Source of the DNA: Octopus sinensis
Lineage: Eukaryota
Length of the DNA: 64,000 bases
NCBI RefSeq assembly: GCF_006345805.1
Contig: NC_043001.1
Location: forward strand, 25,668,001 to 25,732,000
Direction: 5' to 3'
Shown here in pieces: positions 24,208 to 36,200 of this stretch. Numbering within the stretch: position 1 is the first letter of the stretch; each line of letters starts with the position of its first letter. The notes beneath the pieces were generated by a model. The model saw only the letters and a list, made by a program, of their open reading frames with translations, ran no database searches and had not been told where the DNA came from. The position numbers and the translations under genes were made by a program.

Positions 24208-27200
24208 ATGGCTGCTAAAAAGAATAAGGTATGTTGTTATGTTGGTTTCCTCTTTTATTTAGAGACGAGATATTTTGAATATATCAATTTATTTATAAGC
24301 AGGTTAGAATTGCAATATAAAACCTGAAATCCAAGCAAATGGGGACGGAATCCACATTTTTTAAGAGTATTTATAGATGGGAGTGCATCTCCAAAGAAAT
24401 CACAGCAAAAATAACGATCGGTTAAAGCTTGTATTATGATGGCTTTGAGAAAATTCAATATCTATATATATATTTACCTAATGGCAAATAAATAACTTAA
24501 AATTTAAAATATCGGGTATTTTTTTTTAAACCTTAATAGCTTTCACTGCTTGATCTGATTGCTGGTTCATTGAAATAGAAAAAGCATATCCCTAATTTTA
24601 AACATTCAGTTTATAACTAGGCCATTCATTGTTGAAGAAATGTCTGGTGGTACTTGATGCAGGAGTTTGAATTGACAAAGATGACATATAAATATATATG
24701 ATCAAAGGAAATTAAACACATAATGCTGCAGAGATTTAAGAAGTTAAATCTACTTCTACTTTATTATATATTAGTACCTTAGTTCTAAAGTATAATAACT
24801 TTTTTAAAAAATGAGATACTTTTATTGTCCATCTATAAATATTAATTAAAAATCAATTAGGTTAAGAGTTTTGTTTTTTTTAATAGATCAAGCATTTTAG
24901 ACTTAGAATTTACAAATATAATTTGTAATAATGATTAAATCATTACATTATACTGATTAAACAAACAAGATCTCGATTCGGTAAATTTTCGCAATTATGG
25001 TGTCGCTTTGGTACGTGCGTCTTTTCACCCATGCGGTGAATTTGGCTGTCGTGGTTCCTCGTGTGTCGGTCGGTAATGCCATTTGGCTCGAGGGGTACCG
25101 AAATATAAGCCATTGGCTGCGATATCGTTTTGATTTGGCCGTGTTTCGATAAATGGTTACCGTGCAAATGATTCTGAATGCTGCAATGGATTTCCTGGTT
25201 TGTGTGCAAGCTGGTGTCAACCTGCAACAACACCCACTAACCGGTATTGTGAGTCTACGGTGGAGGCTAAGCTGCGCCATGAAAAGGGGTATGAGGTAAT
25301 CATTATGCACTTTTCAGTCATATACTGTTTAAATTCCATGTTGTCTGTTATTGTACGTTGTTCGGTTATCTTAATTGCTTTGTCATGAATGAGAAATTAT
25401 TTCTTATTATGGTCGGATTATTCTTAACCCATTTTGTTCTGTAAGCAGAAACATTGTATAGGAAGGCGGCGAGTTGGCAGAAACGTTAGCACGCCGGGCG
25501 AAATGCGTAGCCGTATTTCGTCTGCCGTGACGTTCCGAGTTCAAATTCCCGCGAGGTCGACTTTGCCTTTCATCCTTTCGGGGTCGATAAATTAAGTACC
25601 AGTTACGCACTGGGGTCGATTTAATCGACTTAATCCCTTTGTCCTTGTTTAGCCCCTTGTGGGTAATAAAGAAATAGGTATTTCGTCTGCAATTACGTTC
25701 TGAGTTCAAATTCCGCCGAGGTCGACTTTGCCTTTCATCCTTTCGGGGTCGATAAATTAAGTAACAGTTACGCACTGGGGTCGATGTAATCGACTTAACC
25801 CCTTTGTCCTTGTTTGCCCCTTCTATGTTTAGCCCCTTGTGGGCAATAAAGAAATAATAAACCTTGTATAGAAAGGGTTAAAAATGTATGAATGTAGACA
25901 AGATTGTATTTTGTGTACACAGTGTTTATGTCAATTTGGTAATTTTTAACGTAACCTTAAAATCCAATGCTTTTTGCAAAAGAAACAGATTTGTTTGCAA
26001 ACTTTTGATTAGTTTCTGGAGGTATTTGTCGTGACTGAACCTAAACTAATCGTCTTGTTTTATACTATCTTAGAATTTATTTATATGTGAGCAATGAAGT
26101 GAAATACGATGTCAATCGGCCATGACATTGCAATTAAAATAACAAAAAACGTAAAGGAGATTAAAATTTCAAAATATGTCTAAGTTAGTTTGAAGAATTT
26201 TTTCCCCAACTCCCATTTTCTCACACTATGTAATCCTTTCCAGTACAACCATTTATCAAAATCGTATATCATTTGTTGCTGTGGCATAACTACATATGTG
26301 TACCCCGACCCACCACGACATTGCATCCTCATAACTTCCAGGAAAATGGATACTTTTTATCGAAATTTTCAACAAATAGCGCTGGATTTAAAATATATAG
26401 GGATTTATGGGAAAGAGTTCTGGGGGTGGGGGTCAGAAAACTTACACGATAATAAACCAGCCTGCTGGGTATTAACAAGTATGTAGAAAATGAATATGAA
26501 AAAAATTGCGCTAACGACCCGTGCAGGGTGAGGAGGGCTTTCAGAAAATCCACAAGATCCGATTTTCCGTCATAACTTTCGCTTTTTTTTTTTTTTTCAT
26601 ATAGAATCCCACGTTTTTGGTTATAGAGGATTCGATTCTGAAAAAAGAAATTTCAGAAATCGCATTTTCAAAATTTTAATCCCCCCGCCTCATTTTCCAC
26701 TTTTTCCGGGAAATAGGTAGAAAAATAGGAAATTTCCGGAAAAAGTGAGAACTGAAGGGGTGGGGAACGGTTGAAATTTTTTAAATGCGATTTTTAAAAT
26801 CTTTTTTTTCAGAATCGGATCATCCATAACCAAAAACATGGGTTTCTGTTAAAAAAAAAAAAATTTATATATATATATATCCATTTTACCGAAAGTTATG
26901 ACGGAAAAATCGGATTTTGTGAATTTTCTGACCCCTCCCCCCGGGTCTTGGCGCAATTTTTTTTTTTCATATTCGTTTTCTACATTCTTGTTAACACCCA
27001 GCAGGCTGGGTGGGGGGTTATGCTCGGGTGAAGATCTGTATTTTGAGCCTTTTTTTCTCTCATAATTTTTAAGAAAATGAAAATTTTTTAATGAAATTTT
27101 ATACAAATACCTTTGAAGCGGCATAGATTATGATTATAAAGAAATTTGTGGGGAAATTTTCCCGAGGGAGTGGGGAGAGGAATTTCGGATCAGGAAGACC

Positions 27201-29996
27201 AAAGAAGTTGTAACTACTCCGTTTTGTCGGGGATTCCCCCCATCCCCTTTTTTTTATTACACCACAGCCTTTGAAATGAGTGGGAGGGGGCATCTTTTTG
27301 TGAAAAAACTTTTAAACCCCCCACCACATTCCTCACCATCCCACTCCGGACCAATTTTTTTAACTTAAAAACTATGGGAGGAGCCTTTTTGATAAAAAAA
27401 ATAAAATAGAATAAAATGTAAGTATTTTCAGTGGAAAAAGGTGTACGATTCAAGGGAGATTTGGCTGTTGTTTCTAGCACATCCCACTCTCACATGTATT
27501 GATGTTTTTTCAATATTTTTCTCCCATTAAGCATATTTTATGGAATGGTGATACTGAAGTAACACGTGCGCGGTCCATTGGTTGAATATACCCCACCTCA
27601 ATCAAGCGAAACCGTGTGTGTGTATAAGAAAAAACATTTTTTTAACAGTAAAGTATGCTATTAAAATGAATTGTCTTTTACATAGCTCTTTTTTTTTTAA
27701 ATCACTGGATAAATGCCAGTAATGATCTTCTCAGGCTCTAACAAACAATCGGGGGCAGGGTGTGAGGTTGCAAAAAAAAAAATCATAATTTTTCAATTTT
27801 TTTTATAGCATATAAATGTATTTATTGGGGAGCAAAATATTGAAAAATATCAATACATTCGAGAGTGAGAAAGAAATGAGGAGGGTTGTCTTGGGATGTG
27901 CTAGAAACACCTGCCAAATCTCCCTTAAATCACTCACTTTTTCCTCAGAAAATATTAATTTTTGAAATTTTTTTTTTACTGAAAAGGCTCTTCCCATGGT
28001 TTTGAAGTGCAAAAAAAAATTGACCAAAATTGGTCTGGAGTGGGATCGAATGGGGGTGTACAAAAAATTTTCAAAACTTTTTTCACAAGAAGATGCCCCC
28101 ACCCCATCATTTCAAAGGCTGTGGTTAAAAAATGGGGAAAATCTCCGTCAAAATGAAGTAGGGTACTTTTTGGTTATCTCACCCTCATTAAAAAATTGGG
28201 CCATCCCCCCCCCGTTTTACAAAAAAATATCTATTTTTGGTTATCTCCTTCAAATAAAATGTTTAGCCCTCAATAAAAAAAAATAATAAACATAAAAAAT
28301 GGAAAGATGAAACATCATTTTCAATCTGATAATATTTTTTATAACAAATCATACAAAACTGAAAAAAATTAATAAACATGAAAATGGTAAAAAATTAAAC
28401 ATCTTGCTGAATCTGATATTTTTATAATAAATCATACTATGCCTATTAGAGGAGGCCAAACGTCAGCAATGTGTTGAAGTATTGAATCAAATGGATCTCT
28501 TTTAATCCAATCTCTTGTTGCCATATTAACTCAATTTTTTGGCGGGAAGATAGCCCAATTTTTTTTAATGGGGCTGGGTGAGATAACCAAAAATTACCCA
28601 AAGTAGTTCCAACTTATTTAGTCTTCCTGATCTGAAATTCCTCCCCCTCCTCCCAGAAAAAATTTTCCCCGCAAATTTCTTAATAATTTTAATCTATGTC
28701 ATTTCAAAAGTATTTGTATAAAATTTTACTAAAACATATCCGTTTTCCTGAAAGTCGCGAAGGGAAAAAAGTCAGATTGTGTGAATCCACTCCACTCAAA
28801 AAATTCTTTCCCATAAATCTTTATATACTCTGAATCCACAGCATCTAAGTGGTATTTGTTGAAAATTTCATTAAAAAGTATCTATTTTCCTGGAAGTTAT
28901 GAGGACACAAAGTCAGAGGGGTACACATCTGTAGTTATGCCATTGCTATAAAATGTTTGTTTCGTTTTCAAAATAGTTCACAAAATTCAAGCATCTAACA
29001 GAATTTTGATGCAACTGTTTTCAAATTGTGAACCATTGTTTGCCCTGTCAATAATTTGTAATTTATGATTTGAATGTATTTATTTTTGCATATGTTTCTT
29101 ATAATTCAACTGTGTCAATGATCATTTATTCTTGTATACTGAGAATTTTTGTTTCCAATGCTGATGAATTTCATATCTACAGTAAGGTCCTCCCAGTCTG
29201 AGCTTCGTGCAGATTATGATGTCATTTATGTTAATATTATTATGGAAGATACATTTCTTTGCATTCTTTGAAAGTAATAAATCATACAAAAAAAAAGACC
29301 CCTGATTTTATGGCCATAAGAAATCAAACATCACTAACTTTGAAGACATTTCTTTTTAGTAAAAAGTTTGAAAAAGTTTAATAATAATAAAAAACTTAGA
29401 CAACTTCTCTGAAAGTGGAACCAAAGAGTCTTGATGTGTTAATATAAAATTAAGATCCAGCAGAAAAGATGAAATTTTGTACAGAAAAATACCTGTTTGT
29501 GTTGATAGTGGTTTCAATTAGTATTTTTATTATTTGCGCTAGACTCCAAAAAAGTTTGTAAAACCTGTAGAACCTGAAGAATCTTCAGAGGATTCCTCTT
29601 CAGAATCAGAAGAAATGGAAGTTGTAAGTTATTTTATTATTCTTTTCATTTTGCTTTATTTGTATCAAAAGTCTAGTAGACCTCAATTATGAATAAAGTA
29701 GTATAGTACCTGTAAAATTGATGGTCGTTGAGTGTTTGGAATATGTAAGAAAATTTTTTGGATAGTGTGTATATATAGTAGAAAAAATTATTATGGTGGT
29801 GAGGTAGCAGAATCGTTAGTGCTCCAGGCAAAATGTTTAGCAGTATTTCATCTGTCTTTACATTCTGAGTTCAAATTCTTTTGAGATTGACTTTACCTTT
29901 CATCCTTTCAGGGTTGATAAAATAATTTGATGTAATTGATTTAACTCCTCCTCTGAAATTGCTATCTTTGTGCCAAAATTTTAAACCATTATTATG

Positions 29997-30038
<42 letters not shown>

Positions 30039-30222
30039 CATTTCTGAATTAGCCCAAAGGCTGACAGTATACTCAGTTGATTTCAATTAATTGTATACAT
30101 AACCTGAGTATCCTTCTGCCACTACTTCTGTACCAATGTTGGTATTTGTTTATAATTGCTGTGCATGCATTTTAATTCAGACCTAACCTGGTGCCTTACC
30201 TTTAAGTGCCTTATTCATCTGA

Positions 30223-30259
<37 letters not shown>

Positions 30260-33200
30260 GATATGCATATATATCTTGCAGACTCATATACAGAGATGTA
30301 TTAAATGAGTTGAGGCAGCAAATTGCCTTGCAGTCTCTCCAATACTCTAATGTATTTATTCTGTCTTCTGTGCATTCATCATCATCATCGTTTAACATCC
30401 CTTTTCCATGATGGCATGGGTTGGATGGTTCGACTGGGGTCTGGGAAGCCAGGAGGCTGCACCAGGCCCCAATCTGATCTGGTAGTGTTTCTACAGCTGG
30501 ATGCCCTTCCTAATGCCAACCACTCCGAGAGTGTAGTGGATGCTTTTTATGTGCCACCAGCACAGAGACCAGAGGAGCTGGCATTGATCATGATCAGATG
30601 TGCTTTTTACATGCCACCGGCATGGAAGCCAGTCAAAGCAGCACAGGCATTGGCCACATTTGGATGGTGCTTTTTATGTGCTACCAGCAAGGGGGTCACA
30701 ACTACAATTTCCATTTGATACTGATATTGATGTACTTGACTCAATAGGTCTCCTCATGCACAGCATGTTGCCCTACGATCCAAGGTACTTTTGAGTGCCT
30801 CGATCTTTTGTCATTGCCTCTGTGAGGCCCAATGTTCGAAGGTCATGCCTCACTACCTCATCCCAGCGTGGCCGCAGTCAAATGACTGTAACAAATAAAA
30901 GAATAAGAGAAAATGGAATATCTGCTTTGGAAATGTCAGTTTTATTTTACTTATGTTTAATCTGCAGCTGCAAGTTGCATGTCAAAAGCAGTTTTAGAAA
31001 ATATGAAATTTTAACTTGTGAATTTGCAGTTTACAATAGTGATGCTTCAAATAAAAATTTTAAATATGCTTAAGGAAAAAAATATTGCTTATTTTTAGGT
31101 AGCTCCTGTTATGAAAACTAAGAAGCTGACAAAAAGCAAAGAGACACCTGGTAAGGCTTGATGAGTATTATCCAAATATAATAATGATTTTTTTATTTGT
31201 TGTTACACTAAGGAAGTAGTGTGGAAATGAAAAGCTGTCAAAGGATAGAGAGTGACTGAGGGTAGAAGTAAAATGAAAATGAGTGGAAAGATGAGCTGTT
31301 TCTCTGTTACATTTGACTGGATTATTAAATGGGAAAAGTTAGCAAGAGAATTTAATTGAGAATGGGTTAGAGTAAGAAATGTAACAAAAGGTTAGTGAGT
31401 ATCTTTCACAGTTGGGGTTTCATTGACAAAGGGCTTGAATGAATATGTGTATATCAAAAGTTTTAGTCTTTTAGAATTTAAACTGGCCACATTTGCCTCA
31501 AATATTTCTACCCATTTTATGTTCAAACCAGCCAAATCTGGCCTTTCACACCTATCCTACAATGTCATTCTAAAAATGAACAATCACATCATTGAATTCT
31601 TGAAGCATGATTAATTTAAAATAATGTGAATAAAACAAGCATTACATTTCACAATAATTTGAATGTTAAAGGGTTGACATCCACTTTTCTATCTTTGCCT
31701 GAAGTAGATGAAATTCAATGCAGACATTGTACAGCTGAATGCACATCCTGTTGCTAACACTGGCTTGCTTTCAACAAGGTGTGTCTATAGGGGTGAAAGT
31801 CAAGATTTCATTGAGTTTTTCCCATATCTAGGTTTTTCAAATAATCTGGATTTGCTGTGTATTTGATTTTTTATTTGTGAAATGTGTTCTACTTATAGTG
31901 GAGGCGCAATGGCCCAGTGGTTAGGGCAGCGGACTCGCAGTCGTAGGATCGCGGTTTCGATTCCCAGACTGGGCGTTGCGAGCGTTTATTGAGCGAAAAC
32001 ACCTAAAAGCTCCACGAGGCTCCGGCAGGGATGGTGGTGATCCCTGCTGTACTCTTTCACCACAACTTTCTCTCACTCTTACTTCCTGTTTCTGTTGTAC
32101 CTGTATTTCAAAGGGTCGGCCTTGTCACTCTCTGTGTCACGCTGAATATCCCCGAGAACTACGTTAAGGGTACACGTGTCTGTGGAGTGCTCAGCCACTT
32201 ACACGTTAATTTCACGAGCAGGCTGTTCTGTTGATCGGATCAACCGGAACCCTCATCGTCGTAACCGACGGAGTGCTTCCATCCATCTACTTATAGTTGT
32301 TTATAGTCTTGTGATTTGTGAGTGATATAAGAAGTCCAAGGCAGAATAATTTACTCTATATTGGACTTGATGTATACATTGAAGAAATTAAAATTTTTCT
32401 ACCTTGAATAGATTATACTGCTTTATTCTTTCATTAACAACTTACTTTTGTTTTGCATGTAGCTAAGAAGGTAGAATCTAGTGACAGTGAGGAAGAAGAG
32501 GAAGAAAGCAGTGAGGATGAGGAAAGTGACAGTGAGGAAGGGGAAGAAGAAGAGGAGGAGGAGGAAGATGAAGAAGATGATGATGAGGAAGAAGAAAAGG
32601 CAAAGGTGAAAAAACCTGTAGCAGCTGCTGAATCTAGTGACTCTGATGAAGAAGAGGATTCTAGTGAAGAAGAAACTAGTGAAGGTATACAGCCTTTTTT
32701 AGTCAGTTAATAATTGATAACGAATTAAGATGTCTTGGTAAATAATTTCACTAGCAAGTGTTTCTCTTTTATTAAACTAAAACATAACATCTCTGCTTTA
32801 AAATTTAGATGATGCTCCTAAATCAAAGGCCATTGAAAAAACAAATGATAAACAGAAAGATGGTGAGTATTTTCAAATTGTTTTTGATATTCTGCCAATC
32901 TGTGGTTTCTTCTAGTATTTTTAATTTATTCAGTTTTTCCTTGCTAAATAACATTCAGAATGTTTGATACATTATCTTGGTTTCTTATTACATTTTTAGA
33001 TCACTCGATTTCATATATTTATCTGTAAATCATTGCATGTGATTCTTATATGAAGTTTCCTTTATTTATGGCTTAATTTCTCTATTTACGAATGTTTAAC
33101 CCTTTAGTATTTAAACCGGCCATATCCGGCCAAAACAGTTAATCTGCTTTATGTTCAAACTGACCAGATCCAGGCTCTCACACCTACCTTACAATGTTAT

Positions 33201-36200
33201 TCTACATTAAGTAATTACACCATCAAGATATTGAAGATATGAGATAATGCATGATTAATTCAAATCAATGGGAATCAATAGGCATTATGTTTGATGGAAT
33301 AATCTGAACGCTAAAGGGTTAATAATGTTTCATAACTGCTACATAGACTGTTGTTTCTATTTATTAACTAGTTACAAATAGAATATTAATGATACTAGAT
33401 ATACTGGTAAGATCTTTTCAATTTTTGTCTACAACAGGGTCAAAAGAGGCCAAGAAGCGTAAAAAGGAAACGGATGATGGTAAAAATGCCAAAAAAGCTA
33501 AAGTTGATGGTAAGGAAATTTGAATTTCGAAAGTTTAACGTATGCGTGTTCAAACCAACTAGTGAATATGTATATATTGACTATTTTTGTATATAAATAA
33601 GAATCACTATGAATATTTGAAAAATTTAAATCTAATTCTTGGAGAGAATCCAAAAAGAAACATTTTGATACCTAATTTGTGAAATTTAGATGAATATATA
33701 TGACAATTTGAATGGTCAGCAAATTGGTCAATACCTTGCTTAATTAGGTTTAAATTAATTAGCCATATTTGTGAGGTCATATCTTTGAAACTGAGGTGAT
33801 AATATCTTCAAATTACACAGATTAATAGTGTTCATGGGATAGCAGTTGCCTGCTTTTTTGGGGGGCAATTTTTGAAATATTTATGTAAAGTCTATTTTGT
33901 TGCATGTAACAAACAGTCAATTTCAGATCTAGCTAAATCCAAAAGTACAAGCCATGGGGACTTGAATTTTGGGACGTGATAGCATTCCAATAAAATTTTA
34001 GTGGCCTATTAAAATTGGCTACAAACAGTGGAGTTTCATATTAGAACCTTTTGACAGGGATTTTTCCAATTTTAAAAAATATATTTTACCACAGCCTTGG
34101 AAATGATGGGGTGAAGCTTTTTATGAAAAAAAAATTTTGGAAAGTTTGTGGGTTTTTTCTTCCCCTTACCCTTCATTCCCCCCTTTTTTTTTTTACACTA
34201 TGAACTTGAAAAGGATAGAAGGAGCCTTTTCAGTAGAAAAAAAAAACGTTCTTGAAAATATTTTCAAACAAAAAAGCATTTAAACCGGCCATATCCGGCC
34301 AAAAGTATTCTGCCTGTTTTATGTTCAAACTGGCCAGATCTGGTCTCTCACACCAACCCTACAATATCATTTTAAAAATTAACAGCTACCTCATCAAAAT
34401 CTCATAGCTACAAGATAATGCATGATTAGTTCAAAACAATGTGGATGAAGAAGCATTAATTGTGGCAGAATAATGCGAACACTAAAGGGTTAAGGGAGAA
34501 TTAACTGTTGCTTCTAACACATCCCACAGCCACCTGGTACCTTCCTCGTTTCTTTGTCACTCTGACATATATTGATGTCTTTCAATAGTTTTTCTCTTCA
34601 TAAACACATTTTATTGATTAATATGAAAGAACACAAGAGTTTTTTTTAACCAAGGGTAGTTCTTGCTGAGATTTAAGCAATCAAAAAAAAAGAAAAGAAA
34701 CACACACACCTTTACACCTAGCAGTTTTTTTTCTTAATAAATCTGTTCTTTCTTACACATACATATGGATAGCTAGTCAGACTGGTGTTTGACAAGTAGT
34801 ATCAGTATGCATTAATCCTATATGGGCAGTCATGGTAGTCCCCTTTGTATTGACTTCGCCTTTTTGCACCATTTCATAGTCAGATTCACCAATGGCTGTA
34901 TTGAATTTGTGAGAAACTTTTCTTTCTTATTACATAAAAATCTTGAAGAAAATATGTTCTTTTCTAACAGTAAAATTTTCACTTTTGTATTTCATAAGGA
35001 TTACCTGACCTACCTCCAGCAATTTTTTCAGTAAAATAAAGCAAAAGTCTCCTTCATGGCTGTATCATTTTCAACACAAATCAAGTTATAGTGCTCAAAT
35101 GCATTGAACTTGAACAAGGTCTAGCATTCAGCAGTCAGAAACAAAAAGTGGGACAAACATTGTGAATGGGCTGAAATATGATTGTAATTGAGGGGACCTG
35201 CCATAATAGGGAAGTGTCAGATTTTGAGGAAAAGTATACGAGAAGAAAGTTCACGCCCAGAACTTTTGAATGGTATAAAGCTGTCAGTAGGAAAAAATGT
35301 ATTTTGACATCAGGCAAAGCATGTTTTTGTGTAGTCAAACTCAATGGGTTGAAATATGATTGTAATTGAGGGGACCTGCCATAATAGGGAAGTGTCAGAT
35401 TTTGAGGAAAAGTATACGAGAAGAAAGTTCACGCCCAGAACTTTCGAATGGTATAAAGCTGTCAGTAGGAAAAAATGTATTTTGACATCAGGCAAAAGCA
35501 TGTTTTTGTGTAGTCAAGCTGTGCTTGTCTCCCTTCTATGGAGCTCTGCAGTGATACCTAATATAAGCTCTTTTTGATTTTTTTTATTCATAGAAATTGT
35601 AATAAAATATGAGTTGATTATTTACTGCTGTTCATTATTTACTGCTGACTATATCATTGGTTATTAAAGTAAGCTAGTATTGAGTCTTTATTTTTTTAAT
35701 CTTCCTTTTCAGAACCTGTTACTGTTCTGTGCAGAAATGTTCCCCAGGAAGTGACCATTGAGAAGCTTGAGAAATTTCTTAAGAAGAAGGGAATTGCATT
35801 TACATCTGTTCGCAAGCGTAATGACAGAATGTATGTATTACAATAGTTTATTAGCCATTTTACATTTCGTGTCCTTTTCTCTACTTTATCCTCATTCGTT
35901 TTTATTGCTTTCTGTTATAGGTTTGCCCACATTGACTTAGCTAATCCTGATGATCTTGATACAGTTTTAGCAATGAAAAATCTTGAATATAAAGGGTCTA
36001 TGTTGGCATTTGAAAAAGGTAGACCCTTAGGGGCATCAAAACCAGAAAGGAGCAAGGGTATGTTGATTTGTTTTCCTGAATTTTTTTTTTTTCTTTTAAT
36101 TGCACAAGATGTCCTGTTGTGGTGATTCACTGAACACTGCAAATTTCAGTTGAAGTTGATGAACTTTCTTTTTCTCTTCCCCTTCTACAGAGGATGATTC

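Noticed and set aside
24920-25425. Telomerase RNA, U3, U17, 7SK or RNase P/MRP identity for the conserved block
   Set aside because: No CCCTAA-type template longer than CTAACC, no terminal H/ACA or C/D pair conserved in both copies, and none of the hallmark motifs on either strand.
29160-29201. TGATGA...CTGA in copy B intron 1
   Set aside because: About 40 nt only, and both boxes are mutated in the aligned copy A sequence.
31897-31975. tRNA gene
   Set aside because: A and B boxes are present but there is no acceptor stem closure, and it continues into a repeat body; it is a SINE head.
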